Below are positions 9,155 through 19,121 of a DNA stretch of 64,000 nt, piece by piece (position 1 is the stretch's first letter; each line of letters starts with the position of its first letter). This stretch comes from a virus (lineage: Duplodnaviria > Caudoviricetes). A program made the position numbers and the translations under genes. The notes under the pieces were generated by a model. That model searched no databases. It saw only the letters and a list, made by a program, of their open reading frames with translations, and was not told the DNA's origin. The stretch lies in the IMG/VR virus record IMGVR_UViG_3300047539_000055. One strand, 5' to 3'.

Positions 9155-10578
9155 TATATTATTAGCCTCCAAGAACCGGCATCATATGGCCCTTCATAAC
9201 CTCTCACCCAAACATTGCCATTCCATTGACATTGAAGATTTATAGCATTGTCATAAACAAACGATATATTTCCAATATTATTTTCGGCTGAGAATGTTGT
9301 CACCCAACTGTTTCCAGTATAGGTAATAATATCATTCACATTTGCCGTAGCCGAACTGTTTCCAGAATCGTAAGGCCAAGCCGATCCAATAGACGAAGTA
9401 ATTAAATATGAATCACCGATATTAGCATTGGATAACCCGTATCCTGGCGCTACTTGTTCTGGATTGACAATTGAAATAATAGCTGGCAGTGTATTTGCCG
9501 GCAGTGTTGCGACATTTGCATTGTATAGAAGAATAGTAGGATCGGTTGGATCAACAGTAATTGTTCCAAGGATTTCATTGACACTGTAATCATAAGACAA
9601 TCCAATCTGAGAAACACCCGGTCTAACATTTCCATAGGTTCCAAGCACGGCGGTCCAATCCAATGGACTTCCAAAAAAGAAAGGAGAAGCTGTTAAATTA
9701 GCTGAAAGATTGGCAGAGCTTAGAGTATTTGAAGCGTCCCAAAAAGCAATGGGATTATCGGTATGAGTCACATTCGCAGTTGGCCCTTGTTGTAAGATTC
9801 TGATTTGACCATTGGTTACAAGTAAACCATAATTGTTAAATGTAACAACTTGGCGAGTATTCAACACCAAATCATTCAAATCATTTGTGGCATTGATATC
9901 CATAATAACTTTGAAAATGACACCCATCTTGCTAACTTGTGCAGGAAGAGACATCCATATTGGTGCTTCAAATTGCAGGGTGCATACATCATAGGAACTA
10001 TCACTATTTTGACCAATTGGAATTGATCTATTAGTCCAAGTTACATCCATCAATTCCAAATAACTAAGACTTTCCCAATCCAAATAGTTATCTGTCTTTT
10101 GAATTTCTAATGCTGGATTAAACAAAGGAAGAATTTGCTCAAGAATTTGTGTTTTTTGCTGTGTATTTGATGTAACAATATCAACCTTGATTTCCAATTT
10201 GTAAGGAACTGGCATGAATCGTTTAACAGTATAAGCATTGGCTTGCGCAGGTAAATATGCGCCGACATTCGCATCGTATTGGCGAGTTCTAACAGATAAG
10301 GTATCTTGAAATGTTGGGGTTTGAGTTCTGGGACGATCAAATTTCAAATTTGAGATATAGATACTAAACATTGGAAACGATGCCATCACGTTTTCTGAGT
10401 TCAATCTTAAAATTGTGGCGGCGGAAAATGTGCTATCTCCATAAATTGCAGGAACAGTGCTGTATGCTTGACTGCCATCGGAATTCAAACCATAAGTGAC
10501 AGTAAAACCAGAAAATAAACGAACGATCTGATACATCCACTTACGGAGATTTTCATCGTAAAAATATTGACTTCCCAT
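9154..10578 (-). CDS. gp15: tail sheath stabilizer/terminator gp15-like, with C-terminal extension
   Basis: QYFYDENLRK, MPVPYKLEIKVDI, QILEQILPLFNP are gp15-family motifs. Confidence 0.85.
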   Translation of the reverse strand: MGSQYFYDENLRKWMYQIVRLFSGFTVTYGLNSDGSQAYSTVPAIYGDSTFSAATILRLNSENVMASFPMFSIYISNLKFDRPRTQTPTFQDTLSVRTRQYDANVGAYLPAQANAYTVKRFMPVPYKLEIKVDIVTSNTQQKTQILEQILPLFNPALEIQKTDNYLDWESLSYLELMDVTWTNRSIPIGQNSDSSYDVCTLQFEAPIWMSLPAQVSKMGVIFKVIMDINATNDLNDLVLNTRQVVTFNNYGLLVTNGQIRILQQGPTANVTHTDNPIAFWDASNTLSSANLSANLTASPFFFGSPLDWTAVLGTYGNVRPGVSQIGLSYDYSVNEILGTITVDPTDPTILLYNANVATLPANTLPAIISIVNPEQVAPGYGLSNANIGDSYLITSSIGSAWPYDSGNSSATANVNDIITYTGNSWVTTFSAENNIGNISFVYDNAINLQCQWNGNVWVRGYEGPYDAGSWRLII

Positions 10579-10622
10579 TGTTTTTCCTGTATAATTGAAC
10601 TATATATATTTAGCCAAAAAAG

Positions 10623-10699
10623 ATAAATAGATATGTAGTTCGCGGTGATCAGACCCAACTACTCTAAGGCTTTTAGGAGCATCAGCTATGAATATTTAT
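10623..10699 (+). ncRNA. putative structured cis-regulatory leader of an endonuclease gene (copy A)
   Basis: ATAAATA, then stems GTAGTT/AACTAC, GGT/ACC and GCT/AGC, then ATCAGCT-ATG. A second copy at 63858-63937 shows compensatory changes. Confidence 0.6.
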
Positions 10700-11488
10700 T
10701 CAACTAAATTTTTCCAAGACAATAGATTCTATGTCTATATGTATCTGCGCGAAAAAGACTCAATATATGGCTTAGCAGGAACTCCTTACTATATTGGTAA
10801 GGGAATTGGTAATAGAGCATTTGCTCCACATCATAAAGGAATATCTGTACCAAAAGATAAAAACAGAATTCAATTTATTTGCGAAAACATAAAAGAAATA
10901 GATGCTTTTAATTTAGAAATATATCTTATTTGTTTATATGGTCGTATAGATTTGAAAACTGGATGTCTTCACAATATGACAAATGGCGGCGATGGTAGTT
11001 CTGGCCATATTAAGTCTCAGGAAACAAGACAAAAACTTTCAAAAGCCTTAAAAGGAAAACCATTATCAGAAATTTCAAAATATCATAAATCATTAGCAGC
11101 AAAAGGCAGAAAACTTACCAATAAACAAAAAGCCAGCTTGTTAAAGGCAAATATTGGCTCCAAGCGTACTGACGCGCACAAATTGGCAATAAGTAAATCA
11201 CTCCAAGGAAGAAAATTCTCAACACAACATAAAGAAAATTTAAGATTATCTCAACTGGGAAAGAAAGCATCTGTAGAAAGTAAAAAGAAAATGTCCGATG
11301 CTAAGATTGGTAAACCTGGACATTTACATACTGCTAAAAGTAAGCTACAAATTAGTCTAAAATTACGAGGAAAGAAACGAAAATTATATGAATGTAACGT
11401 GTGCCATAAACAAATTGGCGGAATAACAAATTTAAATCGTCATTTATTCAAACATTCTAATATAATTGACTACTACTTGTGCTCATAA
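10688..11488 (+). CDS. free-standing GIY-YIG-like homing endonuclease with NUMOD3 repeats
   Basis: FYVYMYLR...PYYIGKG, LHNMTNGGDG, basic helical repeats, C-terminal CxxC-H zinc finger. Inserted antisense between gp15 and terminase. Confidence 0.85.
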   Translation: MNIYSTKFFQDNRFYVYMYLREKDSIYGLAGTPYYIGKGIGNRAFAPHHKGISVPKDKNRIQFICENIKEIDAFNLEIYLICLYGRIDLKTGCLHNMTNGGDGSSGHIKSQETRQKLSKALKGKPLSEISKYHKSLAAKGRKLTNKQKASLLKANIGSKRTDAHKLAISKSLQGRKFSTQHKENLRLSQLGKKASVESKKKMSDAKIGKPGHLHTAKSKLQISLKLRGKKRKLYECNVCHKQIGGITNLNRHLFKHSNIIDYYLCS

Positions 11489-13046
11489 GAAAGGGAAGTG
11501 GCATCGTAAAATCATTTGTCTCTCGTACTTCTTCTATAGATGGAATATAATTTTTAAGTGTTTCCATCATACGAATCAAAGTTAATAATGATGTTACTAA
11601 ATCATCAGTTTCTCCTGGTTTAGCTCTATAAGTATTTTCTACACTAACGAAAGTTTTTAATTCACTAATCAATTTCTTACTATATATTTTCATTTTTTGA
11701 GATTCAATTAAACTCTTCAATTTAGCGCAAGCTGTGAGTTTGTTGGTATTGGTGGTGTTGAATCCCTTGCGAAATTTACGAGCCTGACCTAATTTAACTG
11801 TTTCAGTTAGAAAAATACCGGGAATGTTTTCCTCTCCAATGCTCCGAATAGTAACTAAACAAGCCTCGCCAATGGTGTTATTTTCTACACTCCAATAAAC
11901 ATCAGTTGGATTCTCTGTTATACCCACTAAATATTTGGTGATTTCTTTCAGCAAATTCACTTGATTTTCAATACTTGTTTTGTTGTGACACCATTCAGCT
12001 ATTTGCTGACGAGTTGATGCTTCAAATACCTGAATAGCGGCCGGGTCGCCTCCCGTTCCAATAGATGGATCAAGAGCGCAAACATAGATATTTCCCTTAG
12101 TTGGTTTAACATACCAACGAACTTGTCCTTGATGTTCAATGGGTTCCACTCCATCCAATTGATTCAGAATAAATGGATTGATAAGCGTTTCATCAAAGGT
12201 AATAAACTTACAAAGAACTTCACGTTCAAACTGTTCGTCCCCTACTAATTCCCTTTGTTCCGTTGCCCACGCTTCGTCTCTATCTGGGTGTTCGTCCCAT
12301 TTCGCCGTAATCGCGTGGAAGCCGTTGACCCCCAGTTCACCCGAAATAGTATTACCAGACTCGTCTTCAGTCTTGTTAGCGTTGTGCCAGATGTCTGCGA
12401 ATAAATCGTCTGAATTATTGGGAGTGGATGTAACAATGGCTTTACCGCCTGTACTTAGAGTTAGAGAACATGAAGTCCAAAATTCTCGTGCGATTGTTGG
12501 ACGAACTGATGACATTTCATCACTATATAAAATTGAAATTGCCATACCTCGACCAGTTGTTTCAGTTGTTGTTTGTGCTAGGATTCTTGAACCGTTATCA
12601 AAAACCATGCTTTGTTTATTGTATTCTGTAATGCCAGCACGAATAAAATCTGGAACAGATTCATATCCAAAACGAATACGATTCATGATTTCCATAGCAC
12701 CAGTAAACTTGTGTGCGGCGATTAGAATAGTCTGATCGCTGTTGAACATGGCAGACCATAGTAAATAACCGGCGGCTGTTACAGTCTTACCGCATTGTCG
12801 AGGCATCATTGCCACAATACGGTTATAACGATGATATGCGTCGATTAATCTAACTTGATAACCATAAGGCTTATACAATACCTTGCCTTTCTTTGGATGC
12901 TGAACATAAAAGAAATTGGACATGAAATAGTGAGGTCCGGTCAAAGGATCAATACATTTCTTAAATTCCTCAAGTTGTTCAGTCGTAAACGAGGTTTTAC
13001 CGTGCGGTTTTTTGATTAGAGCTGTTTCGCCGTATGATTTACTCAT
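11457..13046 (-). CDS. gp17: terminase large subunit
   Basis: MPRQCGKT (Walker A), LYSDE (Walker B), IVTSTPN, ALDPSIGTGGD, TDDLV nuclease motifs. Confidence 0.95.
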   Translation of the reverse strand: MSKSYGETALIKKPHGKTSFTTEQLEEFKKCIDPLTGPHYFMSNFFYVQHPKKGKVLYKPYGYQVRLIDAYHRYNRIVAMMPRQCGKTVTAAGYLLWSAMFNSDQTILIAAHKFTGAMEIMNRIRFGYESVPDFIRAGITEYNKQSMVFDNGSRILAQTTTETTGRGMAISILYSDEMSSVRPTIAREFWTSCSLTLSTGGKAIVTSTPNNSDDLFADIWHNANKTEDESGNTISGELGVNGFHAITAKWDEHPDRDEAWATEQRELVGDEQFEREVLCKFITFDETLINPFILNQLDGVEPIEHQGQVRWYVKPTKGNIYVCALDPSIGTGGDPAAIQVFEASTRQQIAEWCHNKTSIENQVNLLKEITKYLVGITENPTDVYWSVENNTIGEACLVTIRSIGEENIPGIFLTETVKLGQARKFRKGFNTTNTNKLTACAKLKSLIESQKMKIYSKKLISELKTFVSVENTYRAKPGETDDLVTSLLTLIRMMETLKNYIPSIEEVRETNDFTMPLPFLMSTSSSQLY

Positions 13047-13061
13047 AATTATATTTAGCTA

Positions 13062-13466
13062 TTATTTGTGTGATTTACTATTAACTGGGCTGATTTTGTG
13101 GACTTCTTCCTGTTCTTGTGAATATCTATTAGATAATTTGGCTGGTGTAAACCCACAAAGTTGTGCGGCACGATCAATAATTTTTTGATCCCAGTCCGAA
13201 TATCCTGCTGAAAATGGATGATCTGACACTGGAGATGATTTTGACATTTTTGGTTCATTTGGAAGACTTGCGGCCATAACAAGCGAACGCATGTGTCCAT
13301 AAGGTGTCATCTCTGGATACCATGCGGCGTTTGGCAATGCTGAAGAATGATCAGGGTTTAGTTTTCCTTCACCCTGACCACCAGAATCACTATCAGCAAC
13401 CATCATATCTTCTTTGGATTCTTTTACTGAGAATCTATGTGGACGCATTGGACTGATTTCTCGCAT
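13062..13466 (-). CDS. hypothetical protein in the virion gene region
   Basis: Coupled by TAATG to the upstream ORF; precedes terminase. Confidence 0.7.
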   Translation of the reverse strand: MREISPMRPHRFSVKESKEDMMVADSDSGGQGEGKLNPDHSSALPNAAWYPEMTPYGHMRSLVMAASLPNEPKMSKSSPVSDHPFSAGYSDWDQKIIDRAAQLCGFTPAKLSNRYSQEQEEVHKISPVNSKSHK

Positions 13467-13978
13467 TAAATATTACCATCCTGATTGGTTAGACCGCCAA
13501 TAGGAACGATTTCAAGATTCTTTTCTTTTAAGAATTTGTCAATGAGTTCTACAAAGTCATCACCAGCACCGCCAAATTTTGAATTTAATAGATCACCTAA
13601 TTCTGTTACTGGATCATTTCCATCAACTTCTTGTTCACTACCATCGCCTTCTTTGTCGTTAAAATCCCATTTTGTTTCCGGACCATCTGGCTCACTACCA
13701 TCGCCTTCGTCGTCGTCGTTAAAATCTCCTGGCCCCCAATCCGGACTGCTACCGTCTGTGCCATTATTCGTTGGATCAGCATCATCTTCTCCAACACCAT
13801 TGTTGTCTTCTATCGCTTCATCTCCTGGTTCTTCATCACTAGTATCCCATCTGTTGCCATTATTCGTTGGCTCAGACGCGCCTTCTGGTTCAAAATCGCG
13901 CCAATTATCTGGATTACCGTCTGCTTCCGAAATCATCTGTGAATACTCTCTGAGTAATTCGCCTTCTGTCTTTTTCAT
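13466..13978 (-). CDS. acidic low-complexity protein, putative internal head protein
   Basis: Start reassigned to MKKTEGELLREYSQMISEA (AGGAG SD); D/E/G/N-rich with short internal repeats. Confidence 0.7.
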   Translation of the reverse strand: MKKTEGELLREYSQMISEADGNPDNWRDFEPEGASEPTNNGNRWDTSDEEPGDEAIEDNNGVGEDDADPTNNGTDGSSPDWGPGDFNDDDEGDGSEPDGPETKWDFNDKEGDGSEQEVDGNDPVTELGDLLNSKFGGAGDDFVELIDKFLKEKNLEIVPIGGLTNQDGNI

Positions 13979-13988
13979 TATATCTCCT

Positions 13989-14513
13989 TTAGTCGCAACT
14001 ATCCCATCTGGTGCCAACAAAAATCCATTTTCCATTTTCATTTTGTTTAACCTTCAATCTTGTACCATATCCAGCAGGGTGAAAATGCCTATAATATCTA
14101 TCTGAAGCTTCTGCGGCTTGCTCTTCAAAGTCAAATTCCTTTGACTTGACTTCCATCTGTCCTTCAATTAGAGGATCACCTTGTGCTTCAGCAATAATCT
14201 TGGAATACTCTCTCAGCATTTCCCCTTCAGAAAAAATCTTATCTGTCTTGTCCTGATCATAATATGTTTGGCCCGGTCGTGCAGGAGTTTCATTGGACAA
14301 TCTTACAGCATTACTCCATCCAGCATTGTATCCTTCACTATATTCATCTATTCCATTACTGGAATACTCACTCTTACGACCAAGTTTAAAATCTGACAAG
14401 GCAGAACGATAACCTTCAGACCATGCGGCATGATGACTTCTATAGTCTTCTGGAAATGCTTCGGCAAGAATCGTTTGATATTCTTGTAATAGTTCTGCGG
14501 TTGTCTTTGCCAT
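13989..14513 (-). CDS. putative internal head protein
   Basis: Two copies of the ELL(Q/R)EY..I(L/I)AEA motif; GGAG SD. Confidence 0.7.
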   Translation of the reverse strand: MAKTTAELLQEYQTILAEAFPEDYRSHHAAWSEGYRSALSDFKLGRKSEYSSNGIDEYSEGYNAGWSNAVRLSNETPARPGQTYYDQDKTDKIFSEGEMLREYSKIIAEAQGDPLIEGQMEVKSKEFDFEEQAAEASDRYYRHFHPAGYGTRLKVKQNENGKWIFVGTRWDSCD

Positions 14514-14515
14514 AA

Positions 14516-17500
14516 TTACTCCGTGTCGGCATCAGCAATAATATCTGAATATGATCTTAGTAAAGAACCTTCGGATTCATAGATACCTTTGCCAATATCC
14601 TTTACCTTGCCAACGGCGGCGGAATCACCACCATTAGTTTTTGGTTCATCACTCTTGGTTTCTTTCTGTCCCTCTGGCTTTGGTTCAGCTTCCTTTCCTT
14701 CTTCTGAAGCTTCTTTATCTTTCTTGGCTGGCTTATCATCAGACTTGCCAAAAGACTTCTTTGGCTTATCGTCAGATTTCGTCAGATTTTCTGATTTATC
14801 GTCAGAACCTTTCTTTGGTTCATCGGATTCCTCAGACTCTTCGTGCTTGCCTTTCAAAGAAGTCTTGACTGCTTCAAGCTTATCAGTGAAGCGTTCCAAA
14901 GATTGAGAAATCTTGGTTTTGGCAGATGGTGGCGCACTTAATTTCTTTACCTTCTTGCCAAGCGAATCCACTAAATCTCCGAGTTTCTTTGCCTTTGATT
15001 TGTTTATTGCTTCTAATACATCTTTTGGTTTCATTGTATCCTCTTTAACTTTTTTCTTGGCGGCGTTTTTTGCTTTGATACTGTCACAAGATGTCCAAGT
15101 TTCTTCAAAATGTTGAACCTTATCCCAATCTCCATCATCTACGGCTTTATGATACGCATTTAATGCTTTTTGATTTGGCGCAATATAATCATCGCCCGAC
15201 TCTGTTTTGAATTGTATGCCTTCTTTTACGGCCGGCTTATGTTTTTCACAAGGTTTATCCTTTGTACGCCAAAGACATCCCTTCACCTTGCAATAATCTT
15301 CTGGATGGTCGTTCTTTTTCTTGGCTACTGTTGCTGCGACGCGTTCTTCATTAACATTCCCTTTTTTCGCTTCATCATAATCACTTTTTGCATCTTCAAA
15401 ATCTTCTGTCGCCGCATCTCTTTCTTTAGTACTTGATTTTGGATTTGCAAACACATGATCCATTTCTGCTTCTGCATAGAGCATTGCATCTCTGGCAGAC
15501 GAAAGATAAGTATCGGATTCATTAGTTACTTTTTTCAAGGGAGATAGTTTAGTATTCATAGTAACTACCCCTTTTCCATTACAATGTGAACAAGTTACTT
15601 TTCCTTCCTTTCCAGAGCCGTCACAAAGATTACAAGTCTTCTTTTTTACATCCTCATCAACTTTTTTCTTACCTTTGCCTTCTGGATGATCCTTCTTGTA
15701 GCATGTTGGACATTGATCAATATCACTACCAGTTTTGATTCTCTTGTCGCATGAAACACAGAAGTCTTCTTTCAAAGTAGACTCTTTTACCGCATCATCA
15801 AGTTGCCACGTCAATCCTTTATAAAGAGGACTTATTCCCCATGCATCCTTGACTTCATCAGACGATGGAATAGAACCCTTTTCTGGATTCACAGAGTTCA
15901 ATGCTGGCTTGACTTCACCACTTGCTGTTTTTGCGCTAACCTTCATCGGAAACTTCAACGCTGGTCTAACTTCTCCAGAAGTTGCTGGTCTAACAACGGC
16001 TGGTGGCTCAGTTGCAGGAGGAGTGGCCCATTCATTTACTTTCTTAGGTGCTATAAAATTTTTACATTTGCAGGTGGGTTCACCATTCTTTGACGTATCA
16101 TCACCAAACATACACCCATAACTTCCGTGATTCCACATTGTATGCCCACAAGTATTACATTTTGTCTTTTCCGGAAGCTTTTCTTTACCTTCAGTCGCAA
16201 TGACTTCTTTATCGCCCTTACTTCTAAAAGGTTTGTCTTCTTCCTTCAAAGCCGAAAACTTCTTCTGAAGTTTCTCAGCAATAGCATTGATGCCAGCATC
16301 TTCGTGAAGTTTCTCTTCCTTCTTGTTCTTGGCAACAGTAAGAATATTGTCGCTTCCCTTGACAGGATTAAACATATCATGGGGTTGACTTAAACCATCA
16401 GTATCTTGGATGAGTGCTCTCCATCCGGCAATCTGTTCATTTGGTTCGTTAGACCAGCCGTGTGCTGCTCCATTCAACCCTTCTTTGCGACGTTCTGGTG
16501 TTAATGATTCATTCATTTTAGTTTCCTCTTTTCCACTTAACTTAAGTAATTCATCAATTCCTTCGCGAACACTGTTTGCGCATCTACCACAAATAACTCT
16601 GGATGGTGTGTTGCCATTTTTCGGAGTTTGAATTCCACAATTGTAGCAGCGACCATCGCCTTTATCATGCTTATTATTTTTCTTTTTACTTTCCGAAATG
16701 CTTTTATCATTTAATACTGGCACAATTTGTAATCCATACATCATAAATTTCTGTTTCGCATCCGCAGCAATTTTTTTGGCCTCATTTGCATCATCAAAAA
16801 TTGTCGCCTGAGACTTATCTAAAACTCGCACAAACTCTGGGTTTTCACCGGGATTACGATCATAATTCATTTTTATATAGATACGAACATAATGATCACG
16901 TCTTTGTGCATAATGACCCGTAATGTAATATCCAGATGCTTCTTTTAATACCTTACCATCCTTATTTACCGATTCAAATTCATCTCGGTAATCATCAGCT
17001 TCATTTTGGTTATAAGTTTCAAAATCATCAGGTTCCGAATCCTGACTTGAATCATATGACAAATCAATACCTGCATCATGAGTGTATTTGTAGCAATCCG
17101 CACAGAGTTTTTCATCATCTGCATTGCTATTGATTCCTTCTTCTCTTGGTGCTCCACAATTAGCGCAAACTTTAGTGTCTAAATCATATATATGTCCTTC
17201 ATTCACTTTGCTTTCAGTAAAATCGCCCACTTCAATATCGTTATCAAAATTCTGAATATCTAAATCTTCACGATCATCCATTGGCGCTGGTGCATCATGA
17301 CGAAGTGCTTGAAAACAAGCTGTACACAAACCACGAATAATTGAATTGGCTTCTTCGCCACATTCTTTACAAGTACCTACGCCTTCTAATTCATCGTCAA
17401 CAAGATTGCCAAAATCAGCATCTTCTTCGTTTCCTTCTGTCCAATCTTCATCTTGCAAGTCATTATCAATAGCGTTACCAAACTCGGAATCAACTTTGTT

Positions 17501-19111
17501 TTGTGCGTTCCATTCATCGTCTGAGCCATTGTATTCTGGAACTATATCTTCTATTACAGCACCAGCAGGATTTGGAACTGGAGCGATTTCCGCTTCAACA
17601 GTTTTATCATCCTGTGGCAACATTCCACTCAACTTGAGAATATCTTCAAGTTCGTCGGCTTTCTGATTGTGAGCCGTTACAGTAATACTATTTTCACCCT
17701 GTTCACTGTCATAAGACGTATTAACAGATATTGAATCGCCTTCGCTTATATTTTTCATTGACTCACCTTCTGCTATTTTTTGAATAATTGATGGAATTTG
17801 ATCATCTGATGCTGGAACTAATTTATCTAATGACACATCAATTATTTCACCAGAATATAAATCCTCTGTTTGAATTGTTTGCCAACCAAGTTTCTTAGCA
17901 GCAAAATAACGATGGTTTCCGTCTTCAATATAAAATAATCCATTCTTAGCAACAACTGATATTGGCTTTTTCTGACCAACTAAATTCATTGACTCCCAAA
18001 CCTTTTTCTTCTTGAAAAGCTGATTTTTGATAGTTTCAACATCAGCATCTACTCGTGGTTCTCGCCATTCATTCTTTCCGAAATTTTTACGATTTCGTAA
18101 TTTACCTTTGGTCTTACAAGTACAAGGTTCATTGCCACAACTAATACATTTACCTTTTAATTTTCTTTTTGCTAATTTAGAATACACATCAATGGTTTCT
18201 TCTATGGGCATTACTCTATCCGTTGCTCTACGACGCTGATTTGCGTTATCAATGGATTTATCGTACCACTTTTTATAACAAGGATCACAAAGTTCCAAGC
18301 GAGAAGTAAGAGTTTTTCCACCGCATTGCAAACATTTACCAGCTTCAGATTCTTCAATATGTTCTTGTTCAAGTTGATCATCCACTGTCAAATCATGATC
18401 GTTGATATCTTCATCGCTATATTTTTCACCAGCAATATCATTCTTGAAATGATTTCGTGCTGGTTTCTTATAGTTATCATGTGTTGCTACTTGACCATCG
18501 CCATACTTGCCGGTTGGGCCTTGAGCATCGTTTTCAGAAACAACGGTTTCGTCCATATTTCCTTTTAATCTCTCATCTCTTGCAATTTTTGATTTACATT
18601 GCCATCTTTGACAAGGTTGTTTTCCTGTGCCATCACAGTGACCACAACCTAAAGTTTCTCTCCAACCAATATATATCCAACCATTACCATCACAGTTTGA
18701 GCAATCCATCCCTTCAGGATCACCATAACAAAAAGGGCATTTATAATTATCTGCTCTTTCAACAGACTCCATTGCCTCAACACTTTCCTGAGTAATATAA
18801 TCACCAACCTTTCCAATCTGATGCATAAGAATCAAATGTTCTAAATGATCTTGAGCAAGAAGAGTATCCTTTCTCTTGACCAAGGTAATGATATCTTGAA
18901 TCTTATCCTTCGCCTGTTGGTCAGCTTGCTCAAACGCATTTTCAAGATGTTCAATTGTATCTTCAAAACTGTATCTGATTTGACGCTTGGCGATAAGTAA
19001 TTCTTCTAAAACAGATAAGGGAACATTCTCTGGTGTAAAGCTTGGTGCTGTGCCAGAGAGGTTATTGTTCTTGAAGCCATTGAACACCGAAAGTATTTTA
19101 CCCATATCCAT
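14516..19111 (-). CDS. 1531-aa modular protein with ~11 Cys4/Cys-His zinc modules, a ParB/Srx-like domain and many x-x-E putative cleavage sites
   Basis: CxxC pairs including DnaJ-type CxxCxGxG; PISVV...YIEDGNHRYFAAKKLG; recurrent VNE/VKE/LKE/ISE linkers. Confidence 0.75.
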   Translation of the reverse strand: MDMGKILSVFNGFKNNNLSGTAPSFTPENVPLSVLEELLIAKRQIRYSFEDTIEHLENAFEQADQQAKDKIQDIITLVKRKDTLLAQDHLEHLILMHQIGKVGDYITQESVEAMESVERADNYKCPFCYGDPEGMDCSNCDGNGWIYIGWRETLGCGHCDGTGKQPCQRWQCKSKIARDERLKGNMDETVVSENDAQGPTGKYGDGQVATHDNYKKPARNHFKNDIAGEKYSDEDINDHDLTVDDQLEQEHIEESEAGKCLQCGGKTLTSRLELCDPCYKKWYDKSIDNANQRRRATDRVMPIEETIDVYSKLAKRKLKGKCISCGNEPCTCKTKGKLRNRKNFGKNEWREPRVDADVETIKNQLFKKKKVWESMNLVGQKKPISVVAKNGLFYIEDGNHRYFAAKKLGWQTIQTEDLYSGEIIDVSLDKLVPASDDQIPSIIQKIAEGESMKNISEGDSISVNTSYDSEQGENSITVTAHNQKADELEDILKLSGMLPQDDKTVEAEIAPVPNPAGAVIEDIVPEYNGSDDEWNAQNKVDSEFGNAIDNDLQDEDWTEGNEEDADFGNLVDDELEGVGTCKECGEEANSIIRGLCTACFQALRHDAPAPMDDREDLDIQNFDNDIEVGDFTESKVNEGHIYDLDTKVCANCGAPREEGINSNADDEKLCADCYKYTHDAGIDLSYDSSQDSEPDDFETYNQNEADDYRDEFESVNKDGKVLKEASGYYITGHYAQRRDHYVRIYIKMNYDRNPGENPEFVRVLDKSQATIFDDANEAKKIAADAKQKFMMYGLQIVPVLNDKSISESKKKNNKHDKGDGRCYNCGIQTPKNGNTPSRVICGRCANSVREGIDELLKLSGKEETKMNESLTPERRKEGLNGAAHGWSNEPNEQIAGWRALIQDTDGLSQPHDMFNPVKGSDNILTVAKNKKEEKLHEDAGINAIAEKLQKKFSALKEEDKPFRSKGDKEVIATEGKEKLPEKTKCNTCGHTMWNHGSYGCMFGDDTSKNGEPTCKCKNFIAPKKVNEWATPPATEPPAVVRPATSGEVRPALKFPMKVSAKTASGEVKPALNSVNPEKGSIPSSDEVKDAWGISPLYKGLTWQLDDAVKESTLKEDFCVSCDKRIKTGSDIDQCPTCYKKDHPEGKGKKKVDEDVKKKTCNLCDGSGKEGKVTCSHCNGKGVVTMNTKLSPLKKVTNESDTYLSSARDAMLYAEAEMDHVFANPKSSTKERDAATEDFEDAKSDYDEAKKGNVNEERVAATVAKKKNDHPEDYCKVKGCLWRTKDKPCEKHKPAVKEGIQFKTESGDDYIAPNQKALNAYHKAVDDGDWDKVQHFEETWTSCDSIKAKNAAKKKVKEDTMKPKDVLEAINKSKAKKLGDLVDSLGKKVKKLSAPPSAKTKISQSLERFTDKLEAVKTSLKGKHEESEESDEPKKGSDDKSENLTKSDDKPKKSFGKSDDKPAKKDKEASEEGKEAEPKPEGQKETKSDEPKTNGGDSAAVGKVKDIGKGIYESEGSLLRSYSDIIADADTE

Positions 19112-19121
19112 TTAGAATTCC

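Noticed and set aside
10688-13046. Group I intron or intein in terminase or gp15
   Set aside because: Both ORFs are continuous and of plausible length. The endonuclease is intergenic and antisense.
12178-18795. Plus-strand ORFs overlapping terminase and the large head-region genes (e.g. 12178-12735, 13485-14105)
   Set aside because: They are antisense shadows with Ser/Phe-rich composition mirroring the real minus-strand genes.
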